Sequence record: NZ_CP109675.1
DNA from: a plasmid
DNA: 64,000 nucleotides
Reading direction: 5' to 3' (one strand)
In this document: positions 38,301 through 48,040 of the stretch, in pieces
Layout: each line of letters opens with the position of its first letter
How positions within the stretch are numbered: the first letter of the stretch is position 1
Translations under genes and position numbers: made by a program
Notes under the pieces: generated by a model
Told to the model about the DNA's origin: nothing
What the model saw: the letters and a program-made list of their open reading frames with translations, nothing else
Database searches by the model: none

Positions 38301-38901
38301 CCGACAGGCTTGGCCTGAGTACACCACAGACCTGAAGCTGCCACCTCGCCTGGAAGAGCGTCAGTTTTATCTGGGCGAAGACAGGCATCCTGTAAAGTCA
38401 CCGGTAGCCGCGGCCAGCATTTCGCCACCGTCCACGGAAGCACCAGACAGGCTGGTACCCGTCATGGCCTCTATGGACACACAGTCAAACCAGTTAGATC
38501 TGCTGCTTGTCCAGTCTGCGGGGGAACACCTGCAGGGGATGGTTCGTCTGGATGGCACGCTGTATCCGGCACTGGCCACGCCAACCACAGACAACAGTCA
38601 GCTGGTTATTAATGCCATCACCGATGACGGTCCCCGCTTTGTAGGCTACGGACAGGCGGTGAATTTCGAACCCGACGGCACCACCCGTGCCGCACCTCAG
38701 CTGATGACGTTCCACCTGAAAGGTCGGGAAGAGGATACACCGCTTCCCGCCCGGCTCTACACACCGGAAAAACAGGCAGATACCTTGTTCCAGCGCCTCG
38801 GTTTTGAACAGACCTGGAAACAATGGGATGACGCCCGAAAGCCGGAGGGCAGACAGGAAAAAGCGCTTCATCAGGAACACTCCCACAGCCCCGGCCGCTA
38901 A
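35359..38901 (+). CDS. sogL: Sog-type conjugative DNA primase (SogL; possible in-frame SogS)
   Basis: N-terminal DnaG-like toprim region (LLFAEGYATAASLHEASGLPVLMTVDAGN ... FIFCADNDHQ). Very long Pro/Ala/Ser/Glu-rich low-complexity linkers, then a C-terminal domain. ATG at 35359 after the RBS agga. Confidence 0.85.
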   Translation: MQKSHRVWLAVPHEEKDDAINAHPRLSDGQKALKWDDEHRLWYARPGADLTRFERWMPRPHELSMNADDPVTEFAQKLEEAGLLVKGLPVMDGSLQRVPTKQDKKGSKSGAYKAYLDGRPAGWYRDYRSADAKPTQWVFSGGGEMDPLARLHLRAHAQQTREDNARALEQQYNRQAEYAARYVDRYPQATTNAYLTRKGVEAAPGIRINDKQELVIPFSNAHGDIRSYQRIPLTGGKDARILKDSEKTGNWFALGTPQNGLPLLFAEGYATAASLHEASGLPVLMTVDAGNMIAVGQNARAVWPDSPFIFCADNDHQLKNAQTGQPENKGILSAEKAAELTGGRVIAPDFTEEEKARLLTDFNDLDISRGREAFREHISDRLRSAGIDIRTDYAPNDAQFLSQQDPKMENLESQESGQSSIAPDEPVVIPSESHRQDESVNPAPPAPPEPEIISPAAVMPPDEASISAAPVENKAEHDEPAPTSLRDADVLIPDTQSTTDVTIATSSADAGQRSHSAIESGSNIPVPGLDDYADIRAQMDDPQFAEWVNSQSDDIPHMPAQERQTDHELSETGKQTLKPEAASHETDAESPEPIVPELPIPPQSPGATSTGQKQEQTQTADVDPNTSEPSPGRKETAESEMHEADGLVYGPRRPEPLQREDLDEIIKALSTEEQRDNKVLYRLDGEDAFHDLGNRLEMCNGASEDKRKVLAALAVASRYYGGVVELTGSTQFKEQAMRLIIEYDLDIRMKLPAQRAQLETMRQQFGATRDSVTTHIPTPDLNRQTPSPDAASPVSPATAAPEAVTPDAPGIPVPPVSPTPSAQATAAKQPAVSPSTEPVAPKQADSIRVPDMPAEPAPSALKPGQSVTAVLKNFGEAMYENKEQKGKSFFIELQNRGGSHTYWGQDLRELIAHHKTGDVVTLTLNSRDSWQVPGEEKERVKNNWSLTSASTGLAVAHDRPEQGQPLQAFPVDTFGRLTQQIRQAWPEYTTDLKLPPRLEERQFYLGEDRHPVKSPVAAASISPPSTEAPDRLVPVMASMDTQSNQLDLLLVQSAGEHLQGMVRLDGTLYPALATPTTDNSQLVINAITDDGPRFVGYGQAVNFEPDGTTRAAPQLMTFHLKGREEDTPLPARLYTPEKQADTLFQRLGFEQTWKQWDDARKPEGRQEKALHQEHSHSPGR

Positions 38902-38918
38902 GCCGATAAGGAGAGAGA

Positions 38919-39269
38919 ATGCGATATCACATGCTTAAAGCCGGACTTTTGTCCGGCTTCATGCTTTTTTCTGCCGCCGCTGCGGCGGCAACCTGCCGAG
39001 CAGGAAGTGCTGCTGAAGCGGGTAGCCAGGCTGGTTATGAGCGAGCCAGGGCGGCCGCAACAGCCTGGGAACAGCGCGAAAGCAATGTCTCATCCTCCCT
39101 GCAGTCCTGTCTGTCCCGTATCAAGAACGTCAAGGTGACCCTGCCGCAATTCCCCGGGCTCGATGAAATCATTTCGCAACTGGAAAATAAGGTCTGCGAA
39201 GCGGCCCTGGATAAAGTCAACGAACAGATCCCAGACAACATCGATCCCTGGAAAAACTTCAACTCCTGA
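38919..39269 (+). CDS. traL: small periplasmic protein (TraL-position)
   Basis: Signal peptide. 116 aa. RBS aaggagag. Called by synteny only. Confidence 0.5.
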   Translation: MRYHMLKAGLLSGFMLFSAAAAAATCRAGSAAEAGSQAGYERARAAATAWEQRESNVSSSLQSCLSRIKNVKVTLPQFPGLDEIISQLENKVCEAALDKVNEQIPDNIDPWKNFNS

Positions 39270-39274
39270 AACCT

Positions 39275-39976
39275 ATGACAAAACAGACACAATCAGCCCC
39301 CCCTGCAAAGGGGCGGGCCCCCTCCCCTGCGGAGGATCCGCTGAAAAACGCCGTGAACATGATGAAAACGGCAGAAAAACGCCAGAAAATGGCACCAGAG
39401 CTGATGAAGAGTAACCTCCTGCTGGGGAGTGGCCTGCTTATCAGCATCATCCTCAATGCTGGCCTGACCTGGGCTCTGATACAACAGCCACGGGATTACT
39501 TTGCCACCGACAGTGGGCGCCTGGTTCGCCTGGCTCCCACTTCCGAACCAGCATGGAGCCAGGACGATGCCATCGCCTTTGGCAGCAAGGCTCTGATGCG
39601 GGCCTTTAACCTGGACTTCGTTCATTATCGTGAACAGGTATCCTCTACAGCATCGCTGTTCTCTGAAGCAGGACACGCCAGTTACATCCAGGCGCTAACC
39701 AACTCCAATATCTACGATGCCCTGAAACGCGAGCGTATGAATCTTACCGGTTCCGTAGGGGCTGGTGTCGTCATCCGGCGTGGGCGTCTGTCTGACGGAA
39801 CCTGGTTCTGGACAATGCAGTATCCGGTACGTTTGCGCCTGGTTGGGCAGACGACCAGCAAGCCTGAACAACCGTTTGTTTTCGAAATTACCATCCAGCG
39901 CGTAGATCCACGACAGAAACCCGTCGGGATGGAAATCCGCCAGATGATCTCACGCAACGCTCCCCGCAATCTCTGA
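39275..39976 (+). CDS. traM: TraM, DotI/IcmL-like bitopic membrane protein
   Basis: 233 aa with a single TM helix (LLLGSGLLISIILNAGLTWALI) and a periplasmic domain. Called by synteny and size. Confidence 0.6.
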   Translation: MTKQTQSAPPAKGRAPSPAEDPLKNAVNMMKTAEKRQKMAPELMKSNLLLGSGLLISIILNAGLTWALIQQPRDYFATDSGRLVRLAPTSEPAWSQDDAIAFGSKALMRAFNLDFVHYREQVSSTASLFSEAGHASYIQALTNSNIYDALKRERMNLTGSVGAGVVIRRGRLSDGTWFWTMQYPVRLRLVGQTTSKPEQPFVFEITIQRVDPRQKPVGMEIRQMISRNAPRNL

Positions 39977-39986
39977 GGCTCCCGCC

Positions 39987-40967
39987 ATGAAACTTCGTTA
40001 TCTCATGACCACACTACTGCTGTGTGGTCCGGCCCTCGTAGCCGCCGCTGACAATACTGGCTGGCAGGATGCCAGGACGCCTGGTGCAACAACTGCCGCC
40101 GCTCCTCAGGGGGCAGAAGCGCAAACAACAGGTGTACCGGCAACCCGGATTAGTGGAGAGCTCCCGCCCCCGGAACAAAGCTCGCCGCTGGTAGATGAGG
40201 CAGCAGGTTTAGACTCGCCTCTGTCAGCGGATGAGATACGCGAATTGAGGCTTCGACTGACCGACAACGAGCGTTCTGTAAATGCCCCAATGATAAGCGT
40301 GGTTCCGCGTATCAGTTCATTAACCCTCAATCTTTCTCCAGGCGCCAGTATCCCGCTGGTACGCACGGCCATGAATAACCAGAGCGTCGTCACCCTGACG
40401 GACATCAATGGCGCACCGTGGCCACAGTCAGATCCGCCAATTAATGCCAGCCCGAAGAGTTTTGATGTGAAGTTCAATGCTGGAACCAACATGCTGGCCA
40501 TAACACCACTGCGCCCGTGGGCTGCGGGGAATATTTCCGTATATCTGAAAGGGCTTGATGTTCCAATCATGATCAATGTGACAAGTGGTGAGACAGACAC
40601 CCGTACTGCCAGTCAGGAGATCGACAGTCGGCTGGATTTACGCGTCCCGCGTCTGGGTCCTGGCTCAGCAGCCCCGGGCGTACCCGTCGATAAAATCGCA
40701 CTCCACAGCGCCACGTTGCAGGCTTTTCTGGATGGCACACCACCAGAAGATGCCCGTCGCCTTAAATTCCAGGGCAACGTCCCTGACACTGCGATCTGGC
40801 AAAGCGGTGATGATCTGATGGTCCGTTCCCGCGCAATGCTGCGCGACGAGTTTGAACAGACACTCTCTTCAGCGGATGGTACGCATCTCTGGAAACTCCC
40901 CGTCACCCCGTTACTGACCTTCTCAGTAAACGGGAAATCCGTTCACGTCACGCCGGAGCTTCAGTAA
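39987..40967 (+). CDS. traN: TraN, DotH/IcmK-like secreted core-complex protein
   Basis: Signal peptide (LLLCGPALVAA|AD). 326 aa. Called by synteny. Confidence 0.6.
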   Translation: MKLRYLMTTLLLCGPALVAAADNTGWQDARTPGATTAAAPQGAEAQTTGVPATRISGELPPPEQSSPLVDEAAGLDSPLSADEIRELRLRLTDNERSVNAPMISVVPRISSLTLNLSPGASIPLVRTAMNNQSVVTLTDINGAPWPQSDPPINASPKSFDVKFNAGTNMLAITPLRPWAAGNISVYLKGLDVPIMINVTSGETDTRTASQEIDSRLDLRVPRLGPGSAAPGVPVDKIALHSATLQAFLDGTPPEDARRLKFQGNVPDTAIWQSGDDLMVRSRAMLRDEFEQTLSSADGTHLWKLPVTPLLTFSVNGKSVHVTPELQ

Positions 40968-42274
40968 TGAGCGCAGAACAGGATGCCGGTAAGAACGGCA
41001 AAAAACTTTTTTCAATAATTGGATTTAGTGCCCTGGTTTTAGTGACCGCGGGTTATCTGGCCATGTCGTGGCTGACACATGACCCTTCAGGAACAGATTC
41101 TGCCGTCAACCTTAACGGTACGGCCTCAAGTGCCGTAACCACCACGACGGAGAGCCCGCGTTACCGTGAACTGCTTAAAGCCTCAAACGATTTAGGCGCG
41201 CAGGAAGCCGCACGGACCGATTCATCCTTCATCGCCAGTCTCCCGGTCGGCCTTGAAGTCACGGAACCCCCTCCGGATAAGGTGCCAGAAACAAAACCGG
41301 TGGACCTGCCACCTCCGCCGCCAGCAGCATCACGCCATGCGGAAAACCCGGCCGGAGAAGAGCAGGCAAACGAAAAGCGCCAGGCTCAACTGCAAAAACT
41401 GCTTAAGCGGATCAGTGACGCACAGACTGGCGGCGATGCACCGGTGCTGGCAACTGCCCTGGCAAGTGTTACGCAGACATCGCCAGCGACTGGCACAAGA
41501 AACCTGGCAGAGACAAAAACTGAAACAGAGAGTGCACAGGTCTTCATCCACGCACTTACGCGTGCGGCCGGTTATATGGAGACTGCCGTGGATTCAGATA
41601 ACCCCAACTCAGAGGTTGTTGCGGTTATTCCTGCCGGGCCGCTGGCTGGCGCAAGACTTCACAGTTCGTCAGCAAAACTTGCCGGCAATGGACTGGATAT
41701 CAGATTTACCAGTATGAGTTGGAACGGCATGGAGCTGAACGTCAATGCAAGCGCACAGAGTGAGAAAAACCTGATGTCTTCTGTGGCCTCCGATGTTAAC
41801 CATCGATGGGGAACACACATCGTTCTGCCCGCTGTACTGGGAGGTCTTGGTGATCTTGGCGGTCTGTACAAGGATGCTAACACTCAGGTTATGCAGTCCA
41901 GTGTCGGTACCGTCACCGGACGAGTGGGTAAACCTGATGGCAGCACAGTGGCTGGTGTAATGGTTGGCGGCACAGCCCAGACCGGGGCGGAAGTCATCAA
42001 ACAGGAGATGGCCCGTGAGCCGTTCCGCCAGGTCACCGTGAAGCAGAAAGAAGTTATCTCCATTCTCTTCGTTGACTCGGTTACTTCTGACGACATTGTC
42101 AGCAGTAATAAAGCGGCTCGTCCCGCAATCAATAGCACCTTATCAGCACCCGCTGCCGCAGAGCAGCAAACCGAAACCCGCCTGCAGGAAGCCATCGCGC
42201 GCCGCCAGGCTGAAATCCGTCGTCAGTATGGCGATACCGTACCCGTGAGGAACAATGATGAACCAGAAAATTGA
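40967..42274 (+). CDS. traO: TraO, DotG/IcmE (VirB10-like) core-complex protein
   Basis: N-terminal TM helix, Pro-rich periplasmic linker (EPPPDKVPETKPVDLPPPPP), and a C-terminal VirB10-like region. Start ATGA-overlaps the traN stop. Confidence 0.65.
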   Translation: MSAEQDAGKNGKKLFSIIGFSALVLVTAGYLAMSWLTHDPSGTDSAVNLNGTASSAVTTTTESPRYRELLKASNDLGAQEAARTDSSFIASLPVGLEVTEPPPDKVPETKPVDLPPPPPAASRHAENPAGEEQANEKRQAQLQKLLKRISDAQTGGDAPVLATALASVTQTSPATGTRNLAETKTETESAQVFIHALTRAAGYMETAVDSDNPNSEVVAVIPAGPLAGARLHSSSAKLAGNGLDIRFTSMSWNGMELNVNASAQSEKNLMSSVASDVNHRWGTHIVLPAVLGGLGDLGGLYKDANTQVMQSSVGTVTGRVGKPDGSTVAGVMVGGTAQTGAEVIKQEMAREPFRQVTVKQKEVISILFVDSVTSDDIVSSNKAARPAINSTLSAPAAAEQQTETRLQEAIARRQAEIRRQYGDTVPVRNNDEPEN

Positions 42275-43028
42275 TATGCCTGAAGAAGAAACACTGGAAA
42301 GCGAGGATGATTTTGGCGCGCCAGATCCTCGCGAGAAACCGCCCTTCTGGAAGCGAGACCTGCTGTTTGGCTATTCTCTGCCGTGGCTTCTCGGGATAAC
42401 GCTTCTGGCAGTGGCCAGCCTCTGGTACCTGTTCGGTCCATCACTGTCATTGACGAATAATACGCCGTCTGAAACCAGCTTCAGTGAAGTTGAAAATACA
42501 CTCGACGGTGCACAGCATAGTACGGTTGAGTCTGTTCCGCAGCAGGCTGTCTCGCCAGCCGCGGCGCAACCGGCGGCACATACGTCCCTGCCAATGGCTC
42601 AGGACGACAGGGCGAGCATGATGACGGATATCCGTGACGAGCTGAACGATCGTGACCGCAAGATAAATGACTCTCTGACGTCGCTTAAAGACAGCGTTAC
42701 GCGCCTGTCTGATGCTATCAAAAGGGATGAGGCTTACGCAGTAGAAACGCGTGCACAGCTTAATGAGCTGACACAGAAGCTGGCTGTTCTGGAAACCCGC
42801 GTAAGCACCTCTGATGCCTCAAAAACAGCTTCCCGGCCCCAAAAACGGCAGACAACCAGTGCTGTTGCAGGCATGAAAATCATGTCGCTGGAAGCAGGAA
42901 TGGCGTGGATCAAATGGCAGGGCAGTACCTGGTCAGTCCGGGAGGGGGATACGCTGGGTAAAGTCACTATTCGTCAGATTGATCCTGCCACGCGCTCTGT
43001 GGTGACAACCGGAGGAACCCTGCGCTAA
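42255..43028 (+). CDS. traP: TraP, DotF/IcmG-like bitopic protein
   Basis: Acidic N-terminus, one TM helix (LPWLLGITLLAVASLWYLFG), and a coiled-coil periplasmic part. 257 aa. Confidence 0.55.
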   Translation: MMNQKIDMPEEETLESEDDFGAPDPREKPPFWKRDLLFGYSLPWLLGITLLAVASLWYLFGPSLSLTNNTPSETSFSEVENTLDGAQHSTVESVPQQAVSPAAAQPAAHTSLPMAQDDRASMMTDIRDELNDRDRKINDSLTSLKDSVTRLSDAIKRDEAYAVETRAQLNELTQKLAVLETRVSTSDASKTASRPQKRQTTSAVAGMKIMSLEAGMAWIKWQGSTWSVREGDTLGKVTIRQIDPATRSVVTTGGTLR

Positions 43029-43552
43029 TGGCACTGGATGCCGTCACGCTAATAGAGAATCTTGCTTCGGGCATCTTCACCGCTGGGCTGGATTTATTAT
43101 TCAGCTGGTCCGAGATGATTGGTTTTTTTGGCCTCATCGCACTTCTGACCCGGCAACGTTCCAGTCGAAGTCCATTGTCCCCGGGCAAGTTTGCTATTGG
43201 CCTTTTTTCCTGCGCCGCGCTGGTATCTCTCCCCTCCATCATTAATGCCAGTGGTGCGCAGCTTGGCTTTGGCGCCACATCTTTTGATGCAATCGCGTAT
43301 GTGCAACCCGCCACCTACGGCGTTGCTGCCGGGGCTGCTAACGCCGTACTTTCTCTGGTCCGGCTAGCAGGAGTGGGGTTTGTCTATGCGGCACTCGATA
43401 TGTTTCGACGATCAGAGCTTGAGGGGCACACCGCACTCAGTTCAAGTGAAAGCATTCGCGCTGCGACAGTAAAACTGTTTGCAGGGACCGGTATGGTCTT
43501 TTCACCTCAGCTCATCGATGCCGCACTTGCCACTCTCGGCCTCTCTTTTTAA
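43028..43552 (+). CDS. traQ: TraQ, small polytopic inner-membrane protein (IcmC/DotE-like)
   Basis: 174 aa with several hydrophobic helices. Start overlaps the traP stop (TAATGG). Confidence 0.55.
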   Translation: MALDAVTLIENLASGIFTAGLDLLFSWSEMIGFFGLIALLTRQRSSRSPLSPGKFAIGLFSCAALVSLPSIINASGAQLGFGATSFDAIAYVQPATYGVAAGAANAVLSLVRLAGVGFVYAALDMFRRSELEGHTALSSSESIRAATVKLFAGTGMVFSPQLIDAALATLGLSF

Positions 43553-43586
43553 CACACTTCGTTTTTTTATAACCCAAGGAGACACT

Positions 43587-43991
43587 ATGTCACTTTTCCG
43601 TGCTATTTCCGCGCGTCTTTATGCCGTCGTTATTTTCTGCCAGCTGACCATGATGCAGTGCCGCGAGCGCATGATTCAGGGGCTGTGTGCTCTGGTCACG
43701 TTCCTGTTACCCGGCATGGCCTTCGCTGATGGCGATCTCGCCGATATGTTTGGTAGCGCCGCCTCTGGTGCCAAAAGCGGTAAAACTTCCGGCCTGGAAA
43801 TTGCCCAGGCGATCGGTGTGTTCATCTTCATCGGTTCCCTGCTGTCCTTCAAAAAAGTGGGCACCAATCCGCAGATCACTGTGGGCCGCTGCTGTGCAGG
43901 TCTGGCCATCGGCGCACTACTGGCCGTAGTCCCTGAAATTATGGGACGAACCCAGAAACAGCTCGGTACCAGCTCTGTCAATATCAGCTAA
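43587..43991 (+). CDS. traR: TraR, small membrane protein (IcmD/DotP-like)
   Basis: ATG at 43587 after the strong RBS aaggagacactATG. 134 aa, three hydrophobic helices. Confidence 0.55.
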   Translation: MSLFRAISARLYAVVIFCQLTMMQCRERMIQGLCALVTFLLPGMAFADGDLADMFGSAASGAKSGKTSGLEIAQAIGVFIFIGSLLSFKKVGTNPQITVGRCCAGLAIGALLAVVPEIMGRTQKQLGTSSVNIS

Positions 43992-44036
43992 CCACAGGAA
44001 AGGGTCGGTGTTTACCGACCCTTTCAGGAGAAAACG

Positions 44037-44900
44037 ATGAGCAAAAAGAAAAAGACACCTGACTGTCCATGGCTACATCCGCTTCCGGTTCCTGATGTTG
44101 TCCATTCCACAGCCCCTTTACTTCCTCCCCCCGAGAGCGTTTCTGGAGGGCGGTGTTATTGCTGTAGTGCTGACATGAAACATCTGTTTGTGTTACCGGA
44201 ATCCCTGCCATTATCCCGACTTGCGGAAGACGCGCAGGATGCCAGGACCCGACTTGTCAGAGCGAAAGACACGCTGGCTCAGCTGGAGTCACGTCCCACC
44301 CCGCAGGTACCGGTTGAATATGAGAAACACGCCCGGGCTCTGAAAGCTGCCCGGACCGGGATGCAGCACGCATCACTTGCCGCCCGCCGGATTGCTTTGC
44401 GACACATCCCCAAAACACTGCTGACCGACACCAGTCTGCTGTCTGACATCGAACATGCTGAATTAGAACGGCTCACGACACCGTTTCACCTCTGTTACCT
44501 CTGCCATGCCTGGCATGCCCTCAACGGATTTGCTGCTGCTCAGGGGGTCATGGTCTGGCTACCGGACCTGCACCCACGTAATGTTGTTGCCCTGAACCGA
44601 AAAGCCCTGCAGGCCGTCTTCAGCACCAGACCAGGCGAGGTTCGGGAAGGCCGTCGGGTACTGTCGGAACTGACCCGCCATCGTCTTCCTCTGGAAGAAC
44701 GTTTCGGGGGATGGCGACCAGCTGACTATGCAGATGCGCTTAAACGTTTCCCGCCAGTCATGCGCGATGAAATGCGACAAAAAATGAACGGAGTGGCGTT
44801 GATCCTGACACCTGATTCAGTGACGGACAGTGACGTTCTGTCAGGAGCCTCGCAGACAACAATATTATCCTCACAGTCATCTGGTACCACTGTCACGTAA
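44037..44900 (+). CDS. hypothetical protein (TraS/TraT-position)
   Basis: 287 aa. RBS aggag. No recognisable family. Confidence 0.45.
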   Translation: MSKKKKTPDCPWLHPLPVPDVVHSTAPLLPPPESVSGGRCYCCSADMKHLFVLPESLPLSRLAEDAQDARTRLVRAKDTLAQLESRPTPQVPVEYEKHARALKAARTGMQHASLAARRIALRHIPKTLLTDTSLLSDIEHAELERLTTPFHLCYLCHAWHALNGFAAAQGVMVWLPDLHPRNVVALNRKALQAVFSTRPGEVREGRRVLSELTRHRLPLEERFGGWRPADYADALKRFPPVMRDEMRQKMNGVALILTPDSVTDSDVLSGASQTTILSSQSSGTTVT

Positions 44901-44986
44901 ACCTAACGCAAGCCTTATCCCGCAGATGCGCCCACAGAAGCGCCTCGCCCATCAATACACGCCATTCCGGTGGAGTCTTCGCAGCT

Positions 44987-47900
44987 ATGAATATCAACCG
45001 CCTTGTCTTCACTATTGAAGACGTTATGAATACCTGTTCCCGTTTCGCCGTCTCTGCTGACTTTGTCGACTACTGCGACATTCGTACGGTGATCGGACTG
45101 GACAAACAAGATCTGGAGCTCAGACCCTGGCTGGAAGCCCCTTATATAGGTGTCACCCATCATGGCTATTTCCTTTCTGTATTCGAAATATCCGGGGCAT
45201 TGCGTGAAATGTCGGAAACAGCCTCAGACGATCATCCGGATGCGTTTGAAGGAATGATCGCGCACCTCGCGTCCACGCTCAGCACCACCTGGAAAAATAT
45301 CGGCCATAAACTGGCCTTCATTTTCGAACGTGACCCGGAAAAAGGGCGTGACGAAGTCAGCGCCATGATCGCCCCGCAAATGCGTTCAATTCAGCACATC
45401 GGCGTCCAGCTGGATGACCTGCTTAATGAGAAGATCAATGTCATTTCTCCGTGGCTTGTTCGTGAGCGCTGCTGGCTTGCCGTCTGGAGCTCTCCGACAC
45501 TGGTGAGTCATCAGGAACGAACCGATTTTAACGCCACCGTTCGGGCCATTCAGGATAAAGCACCTGTCGCGCGCTTTGGTCAGGAGCCCTGGCGCTGGCA
45601 AATGTCTGGTCTGAAGATCCGGCACGACAGCTTTATCACCACTCTTGAAAAAGCACTCGTACGCGGTGGAGACGGCTTGCTTGTCCGCCTGCTTGATGTG
45701 CCTGAGTTCTGTAATGAAATCAGACGTGAAACAGCACGCAACAGCACATCGGCCGCATGGCGCCCGGCATTACCGGGGAAGGCTGCGCCAGCGGGTGCGC
45801 TTCAGGAGGGCGACGCTACAGCACTGCTAGCTCCCTTCCTGAATCTTCAGGTATTTGGTTGTACGCCAGAAACAGAAGGTAATCTGGTGCATGCAGGGGG
45901 GCTGTGGCACGGCATGGTGGCCATAACACTTCCGCCTCAGCATCCCCGCCCCTTCAATGAGCTTGTGAAATTGGTTCCACGTTCCGTTCCCTGGCGCATA
46001 CGAATCGACATCATGCCTGGCGGGATGAAAGCGCTGGGCTGGAAAAAGACTATTTCATCATTTGGACAATTTATTCCCTCTATTCGCCCACTTTACGACG
46101 CTTTCACACAGCTGGCTGCAACGGATGAACGCGATCCGGTCTGCGTGATGACCATTGTGGCGTCCACCTGGGGGCATACCCGGGAAATATGCTCCCGTAA
46201 TCAGATGCTGCTTGAATCAGCGTTGCAGGGTTGGGGAGTCTGTAACACGACCACCACATTCGGTGATCCTCGCAGGGGATGGGTCAACAGTATGCTGGCC
46301 GCGTCAGCGGGCTCCGGCCCTGTTCCGCTTTACCCGCCACTCTCCCATGCGCTATCGATGTTGCCCTTCAACCGACCAGGTACCGTCTGGCGAGGGGAAG
46401 GCAACCTGATGCTGCACACGGAAGACGGATGCGCCTGGGAAGTCGGGCTGGGGTCTTCTCGACAGAACAAGCATACCGAACTTGCCCCTGGCGATTCGGG
46501 TCTGGGTAAATCGGTACTGATTAATACCCTGACGGAAATACAGGTATCTTCCGCCCAGGTTTCGCTTCCTTATGTGGCTCACATTGATAAAGGATTCAGC
46601 GCGATGGGGTTAATCCAGCTGATACGTGACAGTCTGCCAGAAGAGAGAAAGGACGAAGCAGTCGGCATCATACTCAGCAACGACCCGTCTAAGTCACGCA
46701 ATGTCTTCGACATCCTGTACGGCGCTCGTAAGCCAGTGACACCAGAGAAGCAATTTATCGCGTCCATGTTGACGGCCTTCTGTATCGAACCGGATAAAGG
46801 GACCCCGCCTAACCCTACAGATACCCGGCAAATAGTGAATCGCCTGATTGATCTGGCGTATGACATGCGTAGTGGTATTGAGCCAAACATGTTCCGTTCA
46901 AACGTAGAGCCAGAAGTGGATGCGGCACTGGAGTCATCCGGTTTGTGGGGTGAGCACGATCCGGAGTGGTGGACCGCGACACCATGGTACGAAGTACGTG
47001 ACCTCCTGCATGAACGTGGACAGTTATCTGCAGCTCAGCGGGCACACTACCAGGCGGTACCAGAACTTGCTGATATGCCCGCGCTACTACGCAGTGAGGT
47101 TATTCAGGAGACTTTTGGCCGAATACAGCGTAACGGCTCACAGGAGCCCCTGGTGGAGTACATTGAGCGCTGCATGATTCAGGCCCGACAGGACTACCCG
47201 ATGATGGCCAGTCGGACTCGTTTTGCGCTGAACCCGAACACACGCATTATTGCCGTAGACTTAAACAACGTAGCCGGCGATAAGACCCCGGCAGGCAGAC
47301 TGAAAACCGGCATCATGTTCCTCTTTGCTGGCCACATCACTGCGGGTGATTTTTTGCTGCCGCAGTATCAGGATGAGGTAATGCAAATACTGCCGGAAGC
47401 CTACCTCCCGGGCATTATGCGACGCATCAACCAGCTCGATAGTGAAATGAAAACCAAAATCTATGACGAACTGCACAACGTCAAAGGCATTGATTTCATC
47501 TTCGAAGCACTGGATACGCAGGATCGTGAACAACGTAAGTTTGGTATCCGCACGGTGCTGAGTACCCAGTTCCTTACCGACTATCCGAAAAGCCTGCTCG
47601 ACTCTGCCAACACCCTCTGGCTGCTGCGCTTCCGCCAGGAAGATATTCCACTTTTACGGGACAGTTTTAAGATCCCCGAACACAATCTTCATGCATTCCT
47701 GCGTATGCCAGCTGGTCCGGCTGCAGACGGTAGTGGCGTACCGATGCTATGTATGATGCGCACAACCCAGGGGACGCTGGCACGGATTGTCCGGTTTACG
47801 CTCGGACCGCTGGAGCTGTGGTCGCTTAACTCAGACAAAAAAGACGGCGCGCTACGCAGAAATCTCTCGGATACGATCGGTACTGCCCGTGCCCGTCAGT

Positions 47901-48040
47901 TACTGGCGGAGAAGTTCCCTCGCGGATCCGCAAAAAAACTCATTGAGTACAGGGAGCGTAACAGTGGCGCCCGTGGTGATAAGGGCGTCATCGAATTGAT
48001 GGCAGACGAAATGATAAATGAGCTGGGGTATGACCTTTGA
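44987..48040 (+). CDS. traU: TraU, DotO/IcmB-family (VirB4-like) type IVB ATPase
   Basis: 1017 aa (R64 TraU is about 1014). Walker A APGDSGLGKSVLINTL in the central region. Confidence 0.85.
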   Translation: MNINRLVFTIEDVMNTCSRFAVSADFVDYCDIRTVIGLDKQDLELRPWLEAPYIGVTHHGYFLSVFEISGALREMSETASDDHPDAFEGMIAHLASTLSTTWKNIGHKLAFIFERDPEKGRDEVSAMIAPQMRSIQHIGVQLDDLLNEKINVISPWLVRERCWLAVWSSPTLVSHQERTDFNATVRAIQDKAPVARFGQEPWRWQMSGLKIRHDSFITTLEKALVRGGDGLLVRLLDVPEFCNEIRRETARNSTSAAWRPALPGKAAPAGALQEGDATALLAPFLNLQVFGCTPETEGNLVHAGGLWHGMVAITLPPQHPRPFNELVKLVPRSVPWRIRIDIMPGGMKALGWKKTISSFGQFIPSIRPLYDAFTQLAATDERDPVCVMTIVASTWGHTREICSRNQMLLESALQGWGVCNTTTTFGDPRRGWVNSMLAASAGSGPVPLYPPLSHALSMLPFNRPGTVWRGEGNLMLHTEDGCAWEVGLGSSRQNKHTELAPGDSGLGKSVLINTLTEIQVSSAQVSLPYVAHIDKGFSAMGLIQLIRDSLPEERKDEAVGIILSNDPSKSRNVFDILYGARKPVTPEKQFIASMLTAFCIEPDKGTPPNPTDTRQIVNRLIDLAYDMRSGIEPNMFRSNVEPEVDAALESSGLWGEHDPEWWTATPWYEVRDLLHERGQLSAAQRAHYQAVPELADMPALLRSEVIQETFGRIQRNGSQEPLVEYIERCMIQARQDYPMMASRTRFALNPNTRIIAVDLNNVAGDKTPAGRLKTGIMFLFAGHITAGDFLLPQYQDEVMQILPEAYLPGIMRRINQLDSEMKTKIYDELHNVKGIDFIFEALDTQDREQRKFGIRTVLSTQFLTDYPKSLLDSANTLWLLRFRQEDIPLLRDSFKIPEHNLHAFLRMPAGPAADGSGVPMLCMMRTTQGTLARIVRFTLGPLELWSLNSDKKDGALRRNLSDTIGTARARQLLAEKFPRGSAKKLIEYRERNSGARGDKGVIELMADEMINELGYDL

